64,000 nucleotides of DNA from Phormidium sp. (GCA_051013385.1 CP143273.1:1248001-1312000), one strand, 5' to 3'. Counted from the first letter of the stretch, positions 53,560 to 64,000 are shown. The notes: generated by a model from the sequence alone, not told the origin. Translations and numbers: made by a program.

Positions 53560-53828
53560 ACTATGCTTTTGAACTGGGAGATGATGGAGAGTCTGCTACT
53601 TGTGCGATCGCCTTTCACCGAGGTTGGGCGATCGCCACTGATGACAGAAAAGCCATCTCATTTTTTCAAAAAGAGGCTCCACATTTACAGATTTTGTCAA
53701 CATTGGAAGTCATAAAGCATTGGTCAGAAGAATTACATCTTGCACTCGATAATATGCGAATCAAAGGGCGCTATATACCGCATAGAAATCATCCTTTGCT
53801 TACTTGGTGGCAAACTTTTATCAAATGA
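53554..53828 (+). pseudogene. C-terminal remnant of a PIN-domain protein
   Basis: LGDDGESATCAIA...IATDDRKA; N-terminus missing. Confidence 0.65.
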
Positions 53829-53859
53829 TGCTAACCTTTAAGAAGCAGTTAAATTGAGG

Positions 53860-53902
53860 AATTGCTCAGAATTATCTCCCAAACATCCTCACAACAAAGC
53901 TA
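53860..53902. repeat. 43-bp direct repeat of 61362-61404 (1 mismatch)
   Basis: aattgctcagaattatctcccaaacatcct[c/a]acaacaaagcta. Confidence 0.92.
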
Positions 53903-54002
53903 GATGGGTTTGCTGGTTAGCTCGATCGCTAATGTAAATGAAGTTCACGGGACTGAAAACCTCTTGATAGTTTCTTTTTTTAGCTAAAAAACAAATTCTA
54001 TT

Positions 54003-54587
54003 TTAATCTGTTGTAAAATCAACTTTATCGTAGAGATCTGCCAGGGAAATTTCACAGGGAACTGTTTTGAGAGTTAGGATTGATTCCGCACCATCATATT
54101 CTGAAAAAATCCATTGATGCGGCTCAGTTTTGTAGTACTGCTCAACGTGCATTGAGTATTGTTCGATCATCACATACTCTTGAAAGCTGGGAATAGTGCG
54201 GTAAGCTTTGAATTTTTCACCTCGATCGTAACCTTGAGTTGATTTTGATAAAACTTCCGCAATAATTACCGGATTAGTAATAGTATCTTTTCGCCCTTCT
54301 TGAAGTTCCAAATCTCCTTTAACTACCATAATATCCGGGTAAGTATAGATCCTTTGCCGGGGAATCCACAACCGTTGATCGCTGACAAACACATCGTAAG
54401 GTTGCCGTTTTAGAGCCAAGTATAGGATTGCACCGAAGTTAAGGATAATTCTGTTATGATTGGGCATTCCACCGGACATAAGGATGATTTCTCCATCAAT
54501 ATATTCATGTTTGTCTGTTGCGTTAACTTCTAGTTCTAAATAGTCTTCTGGAGTGTAATATTTTTGTTCTTCAGCTTGCATAATCAT
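54003..54587 (-). CDS. Uma2 family endonuclease
   Basis: HEYIDG, YPDIMV, AEVLSKST, DRGEKF. Confidence 0.92.
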   Translation of the reverse strand: MIMQAEEQKYYTPEDYLELEVNATDKHEYIDGEIILMSGGMPNHNRIILNFGAILYLALKRQPYDVFVSDQRLWIPRQRIYTYPDIMVVKGDLELQEGRKDTITNPVIIAEVLSKSTQGYDRGEKFKAYRTIPSFQEYVMIEQYSMHVEQYYKTEPHQWIFSEYDGAESILTLKTVPCEISLADLYDKVDFTTD

Positions 54588-54629
54588 CTGAATTAAACCT
54601 CTAAGTAAACTTACTTGATTTTATAGCAA

Positions 54630-54836
54630 CTATACACTTAGCAAAGGTAAATTGAGAGCTTGAAGATTGACAGAATCTACATTTTTAGAACAGTTGTCTA
54701 TTGTGATAGCAACTACTTTACCTCCGCTGTTATAATCTAAGATTAGATCATCAGTAATTGCATCGGTAGAAGCTACGGGTTTACTGGTTAGCTCGATCGC
54801 TAATGTATCAGTATCAGAAAAATATTGAATCTTCAT
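54630..54836 (-). CDS. DUF2283 family protein
   Basis: MKIQYFSDTDTLAI...LILDY...VAITI. Confidence 0.8.
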   Translation of the reverse strand: MKIQYFSDTDTLAIELTSKPVASTDAITDDLILDYNSGGKVVAITIDNCSKNVDSVNLQALNLPLLSV

Positions 54837-54888
54837 TGTGGTTCTTCCCCTCTTTGTTGTCTTTTGTAAAAGTTACTCAGGCTAACAA

Positions 54889-55173
54889 CTAAGTATTAAC
54901 TATTTCACTCAATGCTTCATTAATGATTTAATCACTGATACCCCGACGCTTTAAACTGGCAATCAATGCTGTTACTGTTTCGTTTTCAAATCGCTCTAAA
55001 TCGTTACGCAATCCCTGACCAATATAAGCGCGAATCAAAGGTTCATATCCTGAAAATCCTAACAATGGTGCAAGTCGTTTGAGGTCTTCCACAACATCTT
55101 CAGGAATGCGAATCGTTACGCTAGTTATGGGACGATTTCGTTCTAACCGCTTTTTTAATGTCTCAATTTTCAT
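54889..55173 (-). pseudogene. RHH/BrnA-like antitoxin with a premature in-frame stop near the C-terminus
   Basis: SVTIRIPEDVVEDLK...YEPLIRAYI; TAA at 54928-54930 followed in frame by IINEALSEIVNT*. Confidence 0.6.
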
Positions 55174-55177
55174 AGAC

Positions 55178-58100
55178 TTATTGGTAGTCTTCATTGCTAT
55201 TTTTTTGAATTGGCATTCTGGGTGGTGCAGTTTTCCACATCAAATCGATATCTTCTGGAGTGAGTTCGTATGCTTGGTTAACCAAATTAGATAACTTATG
55301 CTCTAGTTGCAAAATTTCTCGATTTCGAGTTGGCATCGGTACAGCAAATTCATTATAAGCTTCTTTGATTTGTTTCTGTTCGGAAATACCTAATAATTTG
55401 CTTCCTTTTTTGGCTTTTGGCAGTCGTTTGCTGATTTCATCAATAAATTCTTGCTGGCTCAGTTTAGAAAAGTCCTCTAACTTTTGTCCTAGTTTTTCAA
55501 TATGGAATACTGAGCGTAACCAGTCCATTACATCGTTTTGATTTTCTTGGTTGATTTTTGTTAGTTCAATCAGACGAGAAACTTTCGGTTCAACTTGCGA
55601 TCGAATTTCATCTGATGGTGAGGCTATTGGCAAGGATTCCATTAAATAACCAGATGGACTCAATGCCTCATCCTTCATGTGTGGCAGATATCTCCAGCTA
55701 TACCACCACATAAGAGGAGAATTAAGTACCCCAAGAAGATAGAGATCGGAAGTTGGCAAAATAAATGCTTTATTATTGCTATATAGTCCACTTTCATCAT
55801 AGCTAAATGCCGAATGAAATTGAATCTCCTGATAGATTATTTTTGGTTCTTCAAATAGCTTCCAGTAGTCTATTGCATCTTGGATTTCATACCACTTAAA
55901 CGCCCCGGGCTTGCGACCTTGCCAACTGGTTTTACTGATGTTCTTAGGGCGGGGTTCAAGTTTTTTTTCTATATTGCTCCAGATATGCTTTAATCGCAGG
56001 ATAACTATCTATGTCGATTCCTCGTCTTGTGAAAACGAGCCAGAGGTTATTCCAAGTAGGGTTCCATCGCTTAACATCCTGACCTCGTAAACAAGGCTTT
56101 ATAATTTCGGCTGATTTAGGATCGGCTTTAATGAGTTCTTGCCTTTTTTCCTCATCTATTAAAAAGACTTCATTTAGTCCTGTAAGGACTCCCCAAAAAG
56201 GTTTTACACCTTTTGTAAATTCTATTAAAGGAGTACCTACAGTTCGGATTTTCTTTATTAAGTTTTCTAGTGCTGGCGGCTCTAAACTCCAAGCATCAGC
56301 AGTAAATCGCGCCCAAGGAACAGGGTAGCCTGATTGATAAACATATTCTGTAAGATCTATGCTTTCTAATTTCTCGCGGGGAACAGGACAAATGAGAACG
56401 GGAGATGGGGATGAATTAGTTGCATTAGAACGGTAAACTTTACGAACAACAACAATGCAGGGAAATACATCAGCATCTGCAAAAATGGGGGCGTGTCCAA
56501 AATCAACAATTTGTTCAAACACACAGTTCTCTGTAAAAAATTGCCTTAGCGCTTCTCCATAACCCGCCCGTAGCCATTTATTTGTAACAATATAAGATAA
56601 TGCTCCACTCGTTCTAAGAATCGTCACGCCTCTTTCATAGAAATAGGTGTAAAGATCCGCAACACCATGATAAGACTTATATTGAGCTTTGAAAAATGGC
56701 TTAATTTCTCCTAATCCTTCCTGCCTAACATACGGAGGATTTCCCACCACTACATCAAACCCCGCATTCTCATTCCAACTAGCATTTTCCAAATCAATAA
56801 ACACTTCTGGAAACTCCAAATCCCAATGAAAAAAGCGTTTCTCTTCACCGAGTTTTTGCGCCTCCTCATAAACAGCTTTATCTGCCTTACTCATCTTTTT
56901 AGGATTAGCAGTAATCGCATTTGTTCCATAGACTCGCAAAAAATTATCCGCTTGTTTCAAACCGAAAAACTTAGAAACATAAATATCTAACAACCGCTTA
57001 AAAGGTTTTGCAGCTTCATCAAAAGAACGAAATAACTTTTCGCTTTGCTCAACTTCGGCAAAAGTAGCATCACTCAAAACACTCACACCGCGCATGATTT
57101 CCGCTGCTTTCAATAACCCTACAAATGGCCCTGTTAGCAAATTTAACTGTCCGCTTTCTTCCTGCGCCATCTTTGCTTCCGCTTCTCTCGCTGTCGTACC
57201 AATTAACGAATTACCACAGCGCAAATGATGATCTAAAAAACTCAAAGGTGCGCCAATTGTAAAAGAATGCAACCACAAACTTACCTTTGCCAACTCTACC
57301 GCCATTGGGTTTAAATCCACACCATAAATGCAGCGTTTCATTACTACCCGTTGTAACAGTTGAATTGGTTCTAATCGATCGGGATTAATCCTAATTCCCT
57401 GCTGTTCTAAGTTTTGTAAAATGCTTTGCCTGGTTTGATCCAACATTTCCAAAACTGGATTATGTTCTGGATATTCGGTTAAAATGGCAATTAATTCATC
57501 AGTCAAATAATCCACTGCTTCCACTAAAAAATGACCGCTTCCCATTGCCGGATCGCAAATTTTAATATCGAGTAATGTGCTTTGTGCTTCTCGTTCTAAT
57601 CGTTGTAAATTCTTTTGCAATCCGTTAATACTTTGCTTTCCTAACCGTTGATCCTGTAATTCACTTTGCAGTTGGGAAATTTGCGCTATTAGTTCGCTAA
57701 ATTTGGCTTTTCGCTGTTCTAAAATTGGCTTGATTGTATGGCTGACAATGTATTTTACAATATATTCTGGAGTGTAATAAGATCCGGTAGCTTTTCGTTC
57801 TCCTTTATCATTTTCTAAATGTACCGATACCTGGAAGGGCGGGTTTTGTTGAGAGATTGTTTGTTCGACGGAAGGGTTATCTGCTAAACCCGCCCCTACA
57901 CAATCAATTTTTACTCTATATTCTAACAATCCCTCGTAAATAGAACCAAGTTGGCGGACACCCAAAAAACTATAATCGATCGGTTGTCCTTCAAATCTCG
58001 CCAGTCGATCTAATACAGGTGCTAATACTGCATCAGATAACTTAAATTGAGACAAAAAATGATTAGCGTGAAACTCTATTCGATCTGATTGCTGATGGAA

Positions 58101-59186
58101 ATCAAAGTGAAATAAACCGCCATTGTAACGAGGTACTTCTAAACCTGGATCGCCGCGATCGACAATTTGAAACAAATTCAATAAGCGATCGTACATTCCC
58201 GTCGAAGTTTGGCTCAAATTCCTTTGATCATTAATGATTTTAGCTACTTCTTGCGTTAACTTAATTAAGCTATAGTTTCGATAGTCCCTATCAATAGGTA
58301 ATAAATTTCTGGCTTCCGCATATAATAAGAATAACAGCTTATAAAGAAAAGATAATGTTGCTTCATACACCTGTTCTGATGTCACATTTTCTCCCCGTCG
58401 GGTAGCATCTGCCACAAAACCACCTGCTAAATCGGGAAAAATGCGATCGAACACCAACGCTTTTAATTCATTCCCAACTCGCGTTGCATAAGTAGTGCTA
58501 CCCTCTCGCACTCGTTCTAAAAAATTGCGTCCTTGGGAATCTTTAACAAATGCTTCTTGGCGAAAGAATAGCCAAAAATATTTAAATTGATCTAAATCTT
58601 CCGCTTCCAAAAGTTCCACCAAATCCACTTGATAAAACTCCGTTGCAGTGGAAGAAGCTTGTCGATAATATAGTCGCCACTCTCTCCCATTGGTTAAAAT
58701 TCCCCAATCTACCCCAGTACCCGTGAGATAGTTGGTGATTTGAAAAGATGGGTTTTCATTTTTATAAATATCGCGTTTATCGTTAGCAGAAACTTTGCTT
58801 AAAGGACGTTCCCAGTATTTAGCTTCTGCGATCGCACTTACCCGCGCATAAAATGCTGTTTCATTATTTTTTATATCATAGGCAGCATCGAGATCATTTT
58901 TATTATTAAATAAAGCATAATCTAGACGTTCTGCCCTACCTTTACCGCGAGTCGTCACTTGGGGAATATGACTAAATCCCAAAATATCCAACACAGGTTT
59001 AATAAATACTTCCTCAGTCTGCGCCTCACTCAGCTTTGGCAACAAAGATTTTTTAGAAATATAAAGACTTTTTAACTTTTCCAAATCCGCAGATACATTT
59101 ATTTGCCATTCCGAGCATTCTTTCAGCCGATTATTAAGATAATGCTGCGAAAAAAGCGGTTTGTTTGGTTTTTGCCCATCTGCCAT
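55178..59186 (-). pseudogene. Type IIG/Eco57I-like restriction-modification fusion with one frameshift in an A8 run
   Basis: LDY...EAK nuclease, ILTNGREWRLY, DPAMGSGHFL, GNPPY; removing one A at 55961-55968 joins the two ORFs in frame. Confidence 0.88.
57831..57900. repeat. GTAGGGGCGGG REP inserted in frame in the RM gene
   Basis: Similar to 40710-40781; encodes VGAGLADNPSVEQTISQQNPPFQ. Confidence 0.85.
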
Positions 59187-59311
59187 GATGAAATTCCCTG
59201 ATTTTTAGTATTCCATTGTTAATTCGTTGCTTATGACTAAATTTTAGATTCTAGATTACCATCATTATCAAAGGTATATTCTGGTAATAATGATAATCTA
59301 CAATTTCCTAT

Positions 59312-59453
59312 TAAGTAGGTAGAGCTAAATAAAGTAAAATAAAGGCGAGCAAGATGCCCACCCCACAAGAAAGTTGAAAATCTTGTGGGGTGGGCATCTT
59401 GTCCACCCCATTGATAGATGACTATTTTCACTTTATTTATTTGCACCTACTTA
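59312..59453. mobile_element. MITE with TAAGTAGGT/ACCTACTTA termini and internal palindrome
   Basis: TIRs with extended imperfect pairing; internal caagatgcccaccccacaaga/tcttgtggggtgggcatcttg. Confidence 0.75.
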
Positions 59454-61088
59454 TCAAATGCTGATGCTGTTAGGAATTAGGTAAGGTTTGAGGTAGATAT
59501 ACGGCACTAAACGACTCTTATTATTGAGGTCTATCTGTCGCTCCACTGCGTTCAAATCCTGCTTAAATTGCTCGACAACAGCCTGGGCTTGAGGGTCTGG
59601 AAAATCATTATCATAGTAACCCAATCTGTCATAGCGGTAAGCAGAAAGGATATATACTATTGTTAGTTGGTCAGCCGCTTGCTTCGGTGGTGGAAGAAAA
59701 GACATCAAACTTTTTTCGTCGGCAATGGAAAGATCTTCTGTAAGTTGTTGATAGGCAGCAAGAGGCATATTAGGAACGAAAGCCATGTATTCGTATTGGG
59801 GGAAGTTCACGGCTGCGTGTTGCGGGCCACAAGTAAAAATAATTGTGGTGACAATATCTATTAATTGATCTAGGGTTTCGATGCGATCGCGCATACCCTT
59901 GATCCTCCCACCTTCGGGAGATGCCAATTCCTGCGCCCAAGCTTGTAATTCCCGATCGTTGCTAACATCTTCCGGCGTTTTGTAGTAAATTTTCAGATAA
60001 TTAGAAACGAATTTTTTCAGCGCATTCCACACCAGCATCCCATCATCCCGATAGGGATAATGCGGCAATCTTTTCGGATCGTCCATACCGCGATTTTTGA
60101 TTTCCGTCGGGAAGGCAGACCCATCTAAACTCCATTCTTCATAAGAATTTTTCACAATTTGCAGCGACTCTTGTAAAGTTCCCCCTAGCAAATCATCTAC
60201 AAAGCCACCTCTGTTAATCAAGCGTTTGCGAGCTAAATCATTATTAGCCAGCATAAATTGGAAGTGAGGTCTTAAGAGTAAACCCAAGGGATGATTTGAC
60301 GCTAATTGTCTAGCAGTAGCAACAGCAAATGGTTCCATAACCAAGTGAGTGCGGCACAGATGGCTGCTCATTTCATGGTGATTTCCATCAGCAATTTGAA
60401 CGCAAATCTTGGCTTTAAACCAAGTTAAAGGGTTATCAAAAGGAGTAATAATATTGGTAGTTTTGCCATTTTCTAGGTTAAGCTGGATGCCAACGGGTAC
60501 GAGTTGACCGCGATCGCTATAACCAGAACTTCGCCAGCAAAATAATGCCTTTGGCTTCGGCAGATAACTCTTACCCCGTTCGTAAGTGCCTCCTTGCACA
60601 AAGGAAAGGTTTGTGTAATCAGCTACATACAGATTGCCATTATCCAGTTCTTGCCGTAAATTCAACGATGAGCCAAACTTGGTTTGCAAGCTTTCCAAAG
60701 TTTTCGGCGCGAGTTCGTTGATACTGCGTATGACCAAAGGATTGACTCCGCACAACCGCTGTTCGCAGAACGAATCGTCAGTTTGGTAGGTCTTGATCGT
60801 CTGCGGTCTGCGTAGGACTGGGAAAAAGTCTTCGTAGTCTTGCAGTTCATCCAAGGGGTCCCAGAGCGATCGCAATTGCACTGCCAAGGTATTTACGGGA
60901 AGTTCGGATGAAGCTAATAGCCGTTCGGAGATATATTTGCCAGAAAAGTTTTCTCTCTGGGGCAAATTCTTGAGTAGCGACAGGGGAGATAAATAATTTA
61001 AGTCAAATTCATACTCTGCACGATTGCGCTGCAACCAATCAAGGCGTTTTTGGGGTTCGGGGTCATTTTGTGGGAGGTATGTTGTCAT
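59454..61088 (-). CDS. Lipoxygenase (catalytic-domain-only type)
   Basis: WFKAK, HEMSSHLCRTH, HAAVNFPQ, YPYRDDG, C-terminal NSISI. Confidence 0.93.
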   Translation of the reverse strand: MTTYLPQNDPEPQKRLDWLQRNRAEYEFDLNYLSPLSLLKNLPQRENFSGKYISERLLASSELPVNTLAVQLRSLWDPLDELQDYEDFFPVLRRPQTIKTYQTDDSFCEQRLCGVNPLVIRSINELAPKTLESLQTKFGSSLNLRQELDNGNLYVADYTNLSFVQGGTYERGKSYLPKPKALFCWRSSGYSDRGQLVPVGIQLNLENGKTTNIITPFDNPLTWFKAKICVQIADGNHHEMSSHLCRTHLVMEPFAVATARQLASNHPLGLLLRPHFQFMLANNDLARKRLINRGGFVDDLLGGTLQESLQIVKNSYEEWSLDGSAFPTEIKNRGMDDPKRLPHYPYRDDGMLVWNALKKFVSNYLKIYYKTPEDVSNDRELQAWAQELASPEGGRIKGMRDRIETLDQLIDIVTTIIFTCGPQHAAVNFPQYEYMAFVPNMPLAAYQQLTEDLSIADEKSLMSFLPPPKQAADQLTIVYILSAYRYDRLGYYDNDFPDPQAQAVVEQFKQDLNAVERQIDLNNKSRLVPYIYLKPYLIPNSISI

Positions 61089-61330
61089 AATGCCGAATGA
61101 ATAAAACTAGTGAGTGGGAATTTTCATTAGTAGGCTTAATATATACTCACTCAGTCTACGCTTCACTCAGGGTTGGCAACAAAATTTTTTTACATAAATA
61201 AATCTTTTTTAACTTTTGATGACAACCCAGAAACCGGGTTTCTTCAAGAAACCCGGTTTCTTTGTACCTGTTTTACCGGAAAAGTGCTGTAAAAATCGCC
61301 CCTTTGATGCCAAATTTTTGCCATTCTGCT

Positions 61331-61572
61331 TCAAGATGCTTTTGCCATTGTGCCTTTGCACAATTGCTCAGAATTATCTCCCAAACATCCTAACAACAAA
61401 GCTAAACGAATTTGCATGGCTTCATCAAATTTTCGGGGGTCGAGTCCGGTTAAAGAAGTGATTTTTTCTAAGCGATAACTCCGGGTATTGCGATGAATAC
61501 AAAGTCGCTTCGCTGTAGAGGAAGGACAACAATTTTCTAAGAAAAAGGCATCTAAAGTTTTGATTAAATTAG
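61331..61572 (-). pseudogene. C-terminal HTH remnant of a PucR/CdaR-family regulator, fused to a GT9 remnant
   Basis: LIKTLDAFF...TAKRLCIHRNTRSYRLEKITSLTGLDP...IRLALL. Confidence 0.75.
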
Positions 61573-61921
61573 CTATAACTAAACTGCTACGATTCACGAT
61601 CGCAGCTAGTTCCGGTACAGAAGTTTTCCCGACTAAAGAAACAATATTTTGATGATTTAGAACAGGTGCAACTAATTCCGTTTCGCGAGCAGTCCCCACC
61701 ACCACAACTTTTAATTTAGTTTCCTTTACCCGATCGATCTAAGGTAATAAAGGCGCAACTTGACTGCCAGCCGGAGATGCCATTAAAGTAATTGAGGCAT
61801 TTGGTAAATGAGAATGTATTGTCCGTAAAGCCGGACTAAGCATCACCACATCACCAATATTATCTAAGCGAATTACCAGAATACGTCGGACATTTTGCCA
61901 TTCAATTGGTAACATGGGCAT
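61573..61921 (-). pseudogene. GT9 glycosyltransferase pseudogene (nonsense codon, internal deletion, 3' truncation)
   Basis: RLDNIGDVVM...PLLP*IDRV|KETKLKVVVVG...LVGKTSVPELAA...VIAN. Confidence 0.8.
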
Positions 61922-61952
61922 CTCCTTTGGCGAGACAGGAAATTACAGGAAT

Positions 61953-63029
61953 TTAGATTTTGGATTGGAGATTTTTCAGCGAAATTTCCTCCTCTTCCTT
62001 TCCTCCCATAACTAAATCAAAAGCTTGAGCAATTACCATCTCTGGGGAAATTCCTGAAGTATCGTAAATGGCGCGATGGAGAACATCATTTAATGGTGCC
62101 CAGCGATCGGGATCTGAGATCGTAAACACCACCACACTCGGAACCTTTAAAGCCGCTGCTAAATGAGAAACTCCAGTATCATTGCAAACCACTAACCGGG
62201 TACGGGTTAACAGAGTTGCCAAAGCACCCAAATTAGTACGACCTGCTAAATTCAAACTGTCAGCTTGCATCTTAGCGGCTACTGATTTGGTTAACTCGAT
62301 TTCGTGCTGCGAACCTGTGAGTACCACCCGTAAACCCAAACTTGCCAACTCATCTGCCACCTGTGCAAAACCAGCTGGCGACCAACAACGTAGCGGTGTA
62401 CTTGCACCTGGATGAATGCAGACAAATTCGCCTGTTCGTAATTGTTGTGCTTCGGGAATTTCTCGCAGTGCTTGTGCGTCTTCCTCCCACAAGGGAAACT
62501 CTAACTCCTCCCCTTGGGAAGGCACCCCGATATATTCTAAAAGCCTTAAGTAACGCCGCACTTCTGATTCATGGGCGAGGTAAGGCAAAAAGGATCTTTC
62601 ATCTGGGCAATATTCCCCAGGCGCAAAAAAGCCAGCACAGACACGGGCAGCAAACAGCTTAATCAGTGGATTTGTCACCGTACCGCTGCCGTGCATTTGC
62701 ATTGCTAAGTCAAAATGCTGACTTTGGACATATTGCAAAAACAGGGGAATTTGTTCCAATTGGGGTGTTAACTCCGGTAATCCCGGAAAACCGGGAAATT
62801 CCCAGAGTTCATCGAGATAATGGCGGAAGCGATCGAACAATGGTTTAATCTGCGACGATCCAATCAGGATAATTTTCGCTTCTGGAAAGGCAGCACGTAG
62901 CGATCGCCAGGTCGGAACAGCGCAAAGAAAATCACCCAGTCCTACCAAAGCACGTAAAACCACTATTCGCTGGGGACGAAACTGTAAGGTTTTAGCAGAA
63001 TGGAAGAAACGTTCAGGAATCTGATTCAC
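61953..63029 (-). CDS. GT9 family glycosyltransferase (heptosyltransferase-like)
   Basis: GLGDFLC, IHPGAS, CNDTGVSHLAAAL. Confidence 0.92.
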   Translation of the reverse strand: MNQIPERFFHSAKTLQFRPQRIVVLRALVGLGDFLCAVPTWRSLRAAFPEAKIILIGSSQIKPLFDRFRHYLDELWEFPGFPGLPELTPQLEQIPLFLQYVQSQHFDLAMQMHGSGTVTNPLIKLFAARVCAGFFAPGEYCPDERSFLPYLAHESEVRRYLRLLEYIGVPSQGEELEFPLWEEDAQALREIPEAQQLRTGEFVCIHPGASTPLRCWSPAGFAQVADELASLGLRVVLTGSQHEIELTKSVAAKMQADSLNLAGRTNLGALATLLTRTRLVVCNDTGVSHLAAALKVPSVVVFTISDPDRWAPLNDVLHRAIYDTSGISPEMVIAQAFDLVMGGKEEEEISLKNLQSKI

Positions 63030-63371
63030 ACTTAACAGCTGGTAAAAACATCAATAGGACAAAGTTAACCCAAGAGGCTATGGAACGACAAAGCCTAAAT
63101 ACCTTTGAGTAACCCAGTGAAATTCTTTGCTGTTAAGTAAAATAGCCTCTTAACACCGTCTTTGCTTCTACCCCAAGAGTTAACTTTTCGCAATAACTCA
63201 AAGTAATTTTTGGTTTGAATGTATAGTTAATTACACAATAAAGATAAATATTCAATTGTCTCCCCTGCTCCCCTGCCCTCTTTCTCTGGGATCTGTACCA
63301 GTGAAAGCAAAGGTTTTAAGCTGATAATTGGGTTAATCGCCCAGAAAATTCAAGTTATTTAGCTAACAATT

Positions 63372-64000
63372 ATGGAATTTGTATCCGATCCTCCAATTTC
63401 GATGAAAATCCAAAAAATGAAACAAAGAGTCAGATGGCAAGAACCAATAATTGTGCAACGGGGAATCGATCAAACTCGGTTAGTAATAGATGATGGTCAA
63501 GAAGATCAGCCGGAATTCTCTTTTTTAGTGGTGGGAGATAGTGGTTCTGGTGCCCATCGATCGCATCACCCACAACGCAAAATTGCCGAACAAATGTTAT
63601 TGCATCGAGATGATTGTCGATTTGTAATTCATACAGGTGATGTAGTTTATTTAGTCGGTTCTAGCGAGTACTATCACAAAAATTTTATTGAACCATATCG
63701 AGAATTTTTAGTGAATGGCGAAAACCCGAAAAATATTAAATACGATCGAATGCTGTTTAATTATCCGTTTCTGCCTGTACTGGGAAATCACGACTATTAT
63801 GATTTGCCATTTGTTTATGGATTATTAGCACAAACCGCATTACCCTTGCGTCGTCTTTTTCGTTCCCAAATTGATTTTGATGCGGGTTGGCATGGTTCAT
63901 TTCAAGGAGAAGCTTACGCCAAAGCTTTTTTAGATTATTTATTAGATATTAATAATAGACAAGAATTAGAACAACACCTCGATCGCTATTACAACGCCAA
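63372..64000 (+). CDS. Calcineurin-like metallophosphoesterase (runs off the window end)
   Basis: Manual translation: MEFVSDPP...VVGDSG...HTGDVVY...LGNHDYY. Confidence 0.88.
   Translation, partial: MEFVSDPPISMKIQKMKQRVRWQEPIIVQRGIDQTRLVIDDGQEDQPEFSFLVVGDSGSGAHRSHHPQRKIAEQMLLHRDDCRFVIHTGDVVYLVGSSEYYHKNFIEPYREFLVNGENPKNIKYDRMLFNYPFLPVLGNHDYYDLPFVYGLLAQTALPLRRLFRSQIDFDAGWHGSFQGEAYAKAFLDYLLDINNRQELEQHLDRYYNA

Noticed and set aside
55178..59186. BREX or DISARM methyltransferase
   Set aside because: No pglZ, brxC or helicase genes nearby; own N-terminal nuclease motif fits stand-alone type IIG
53860..61404. Diversity-generating retroelement TR/VR pair
   Set aside because: Only 43 bp with a single mismatch, and no reverse transcriptase in the window

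Overview
Chromosomal window from a filamentous cyanobacterium, probably Oscillatoriales-like. The basis is abundant HIP1 GCGATCGC, petJ/petR/petP, cyanobacterial short tandem repeats and GTAG-type palindromes. It carries housekeeping genes (queE, gltX, glgA), the copper-switch locus petJ-petR-petP and an exosortase O/PEP-CTERM pair. It also holds a partly decayed general-stress cluster whose promoters share a TCTAYC-N4-GRTAGA-like palindrome, and a poly-HAMP hybrid kinase-CheR-CheB-kinase operon. Smaller modules include an LRR-DUF6745-like gene with a small His-rich partner and two defence-like gene pairs (HNH; ABC-ATPase plus TOPRIM-like). A rearranged ~9 kb segment between GT9 glycosyltransferase genes contains chimeric pseudogenes, Uma2, a frameshifted type IIG restriction-modification gene and a lipoxygenase, and part of it is bounded by a 43-bp direct repeat. 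Many MITEs, REP-like elements and tandem repeats are present, several in frame inside genes. No rRNA, tRNA, CRISPR array, transposase or integrase was recognised. Family calls come from motif recognition by eye, not database searches.
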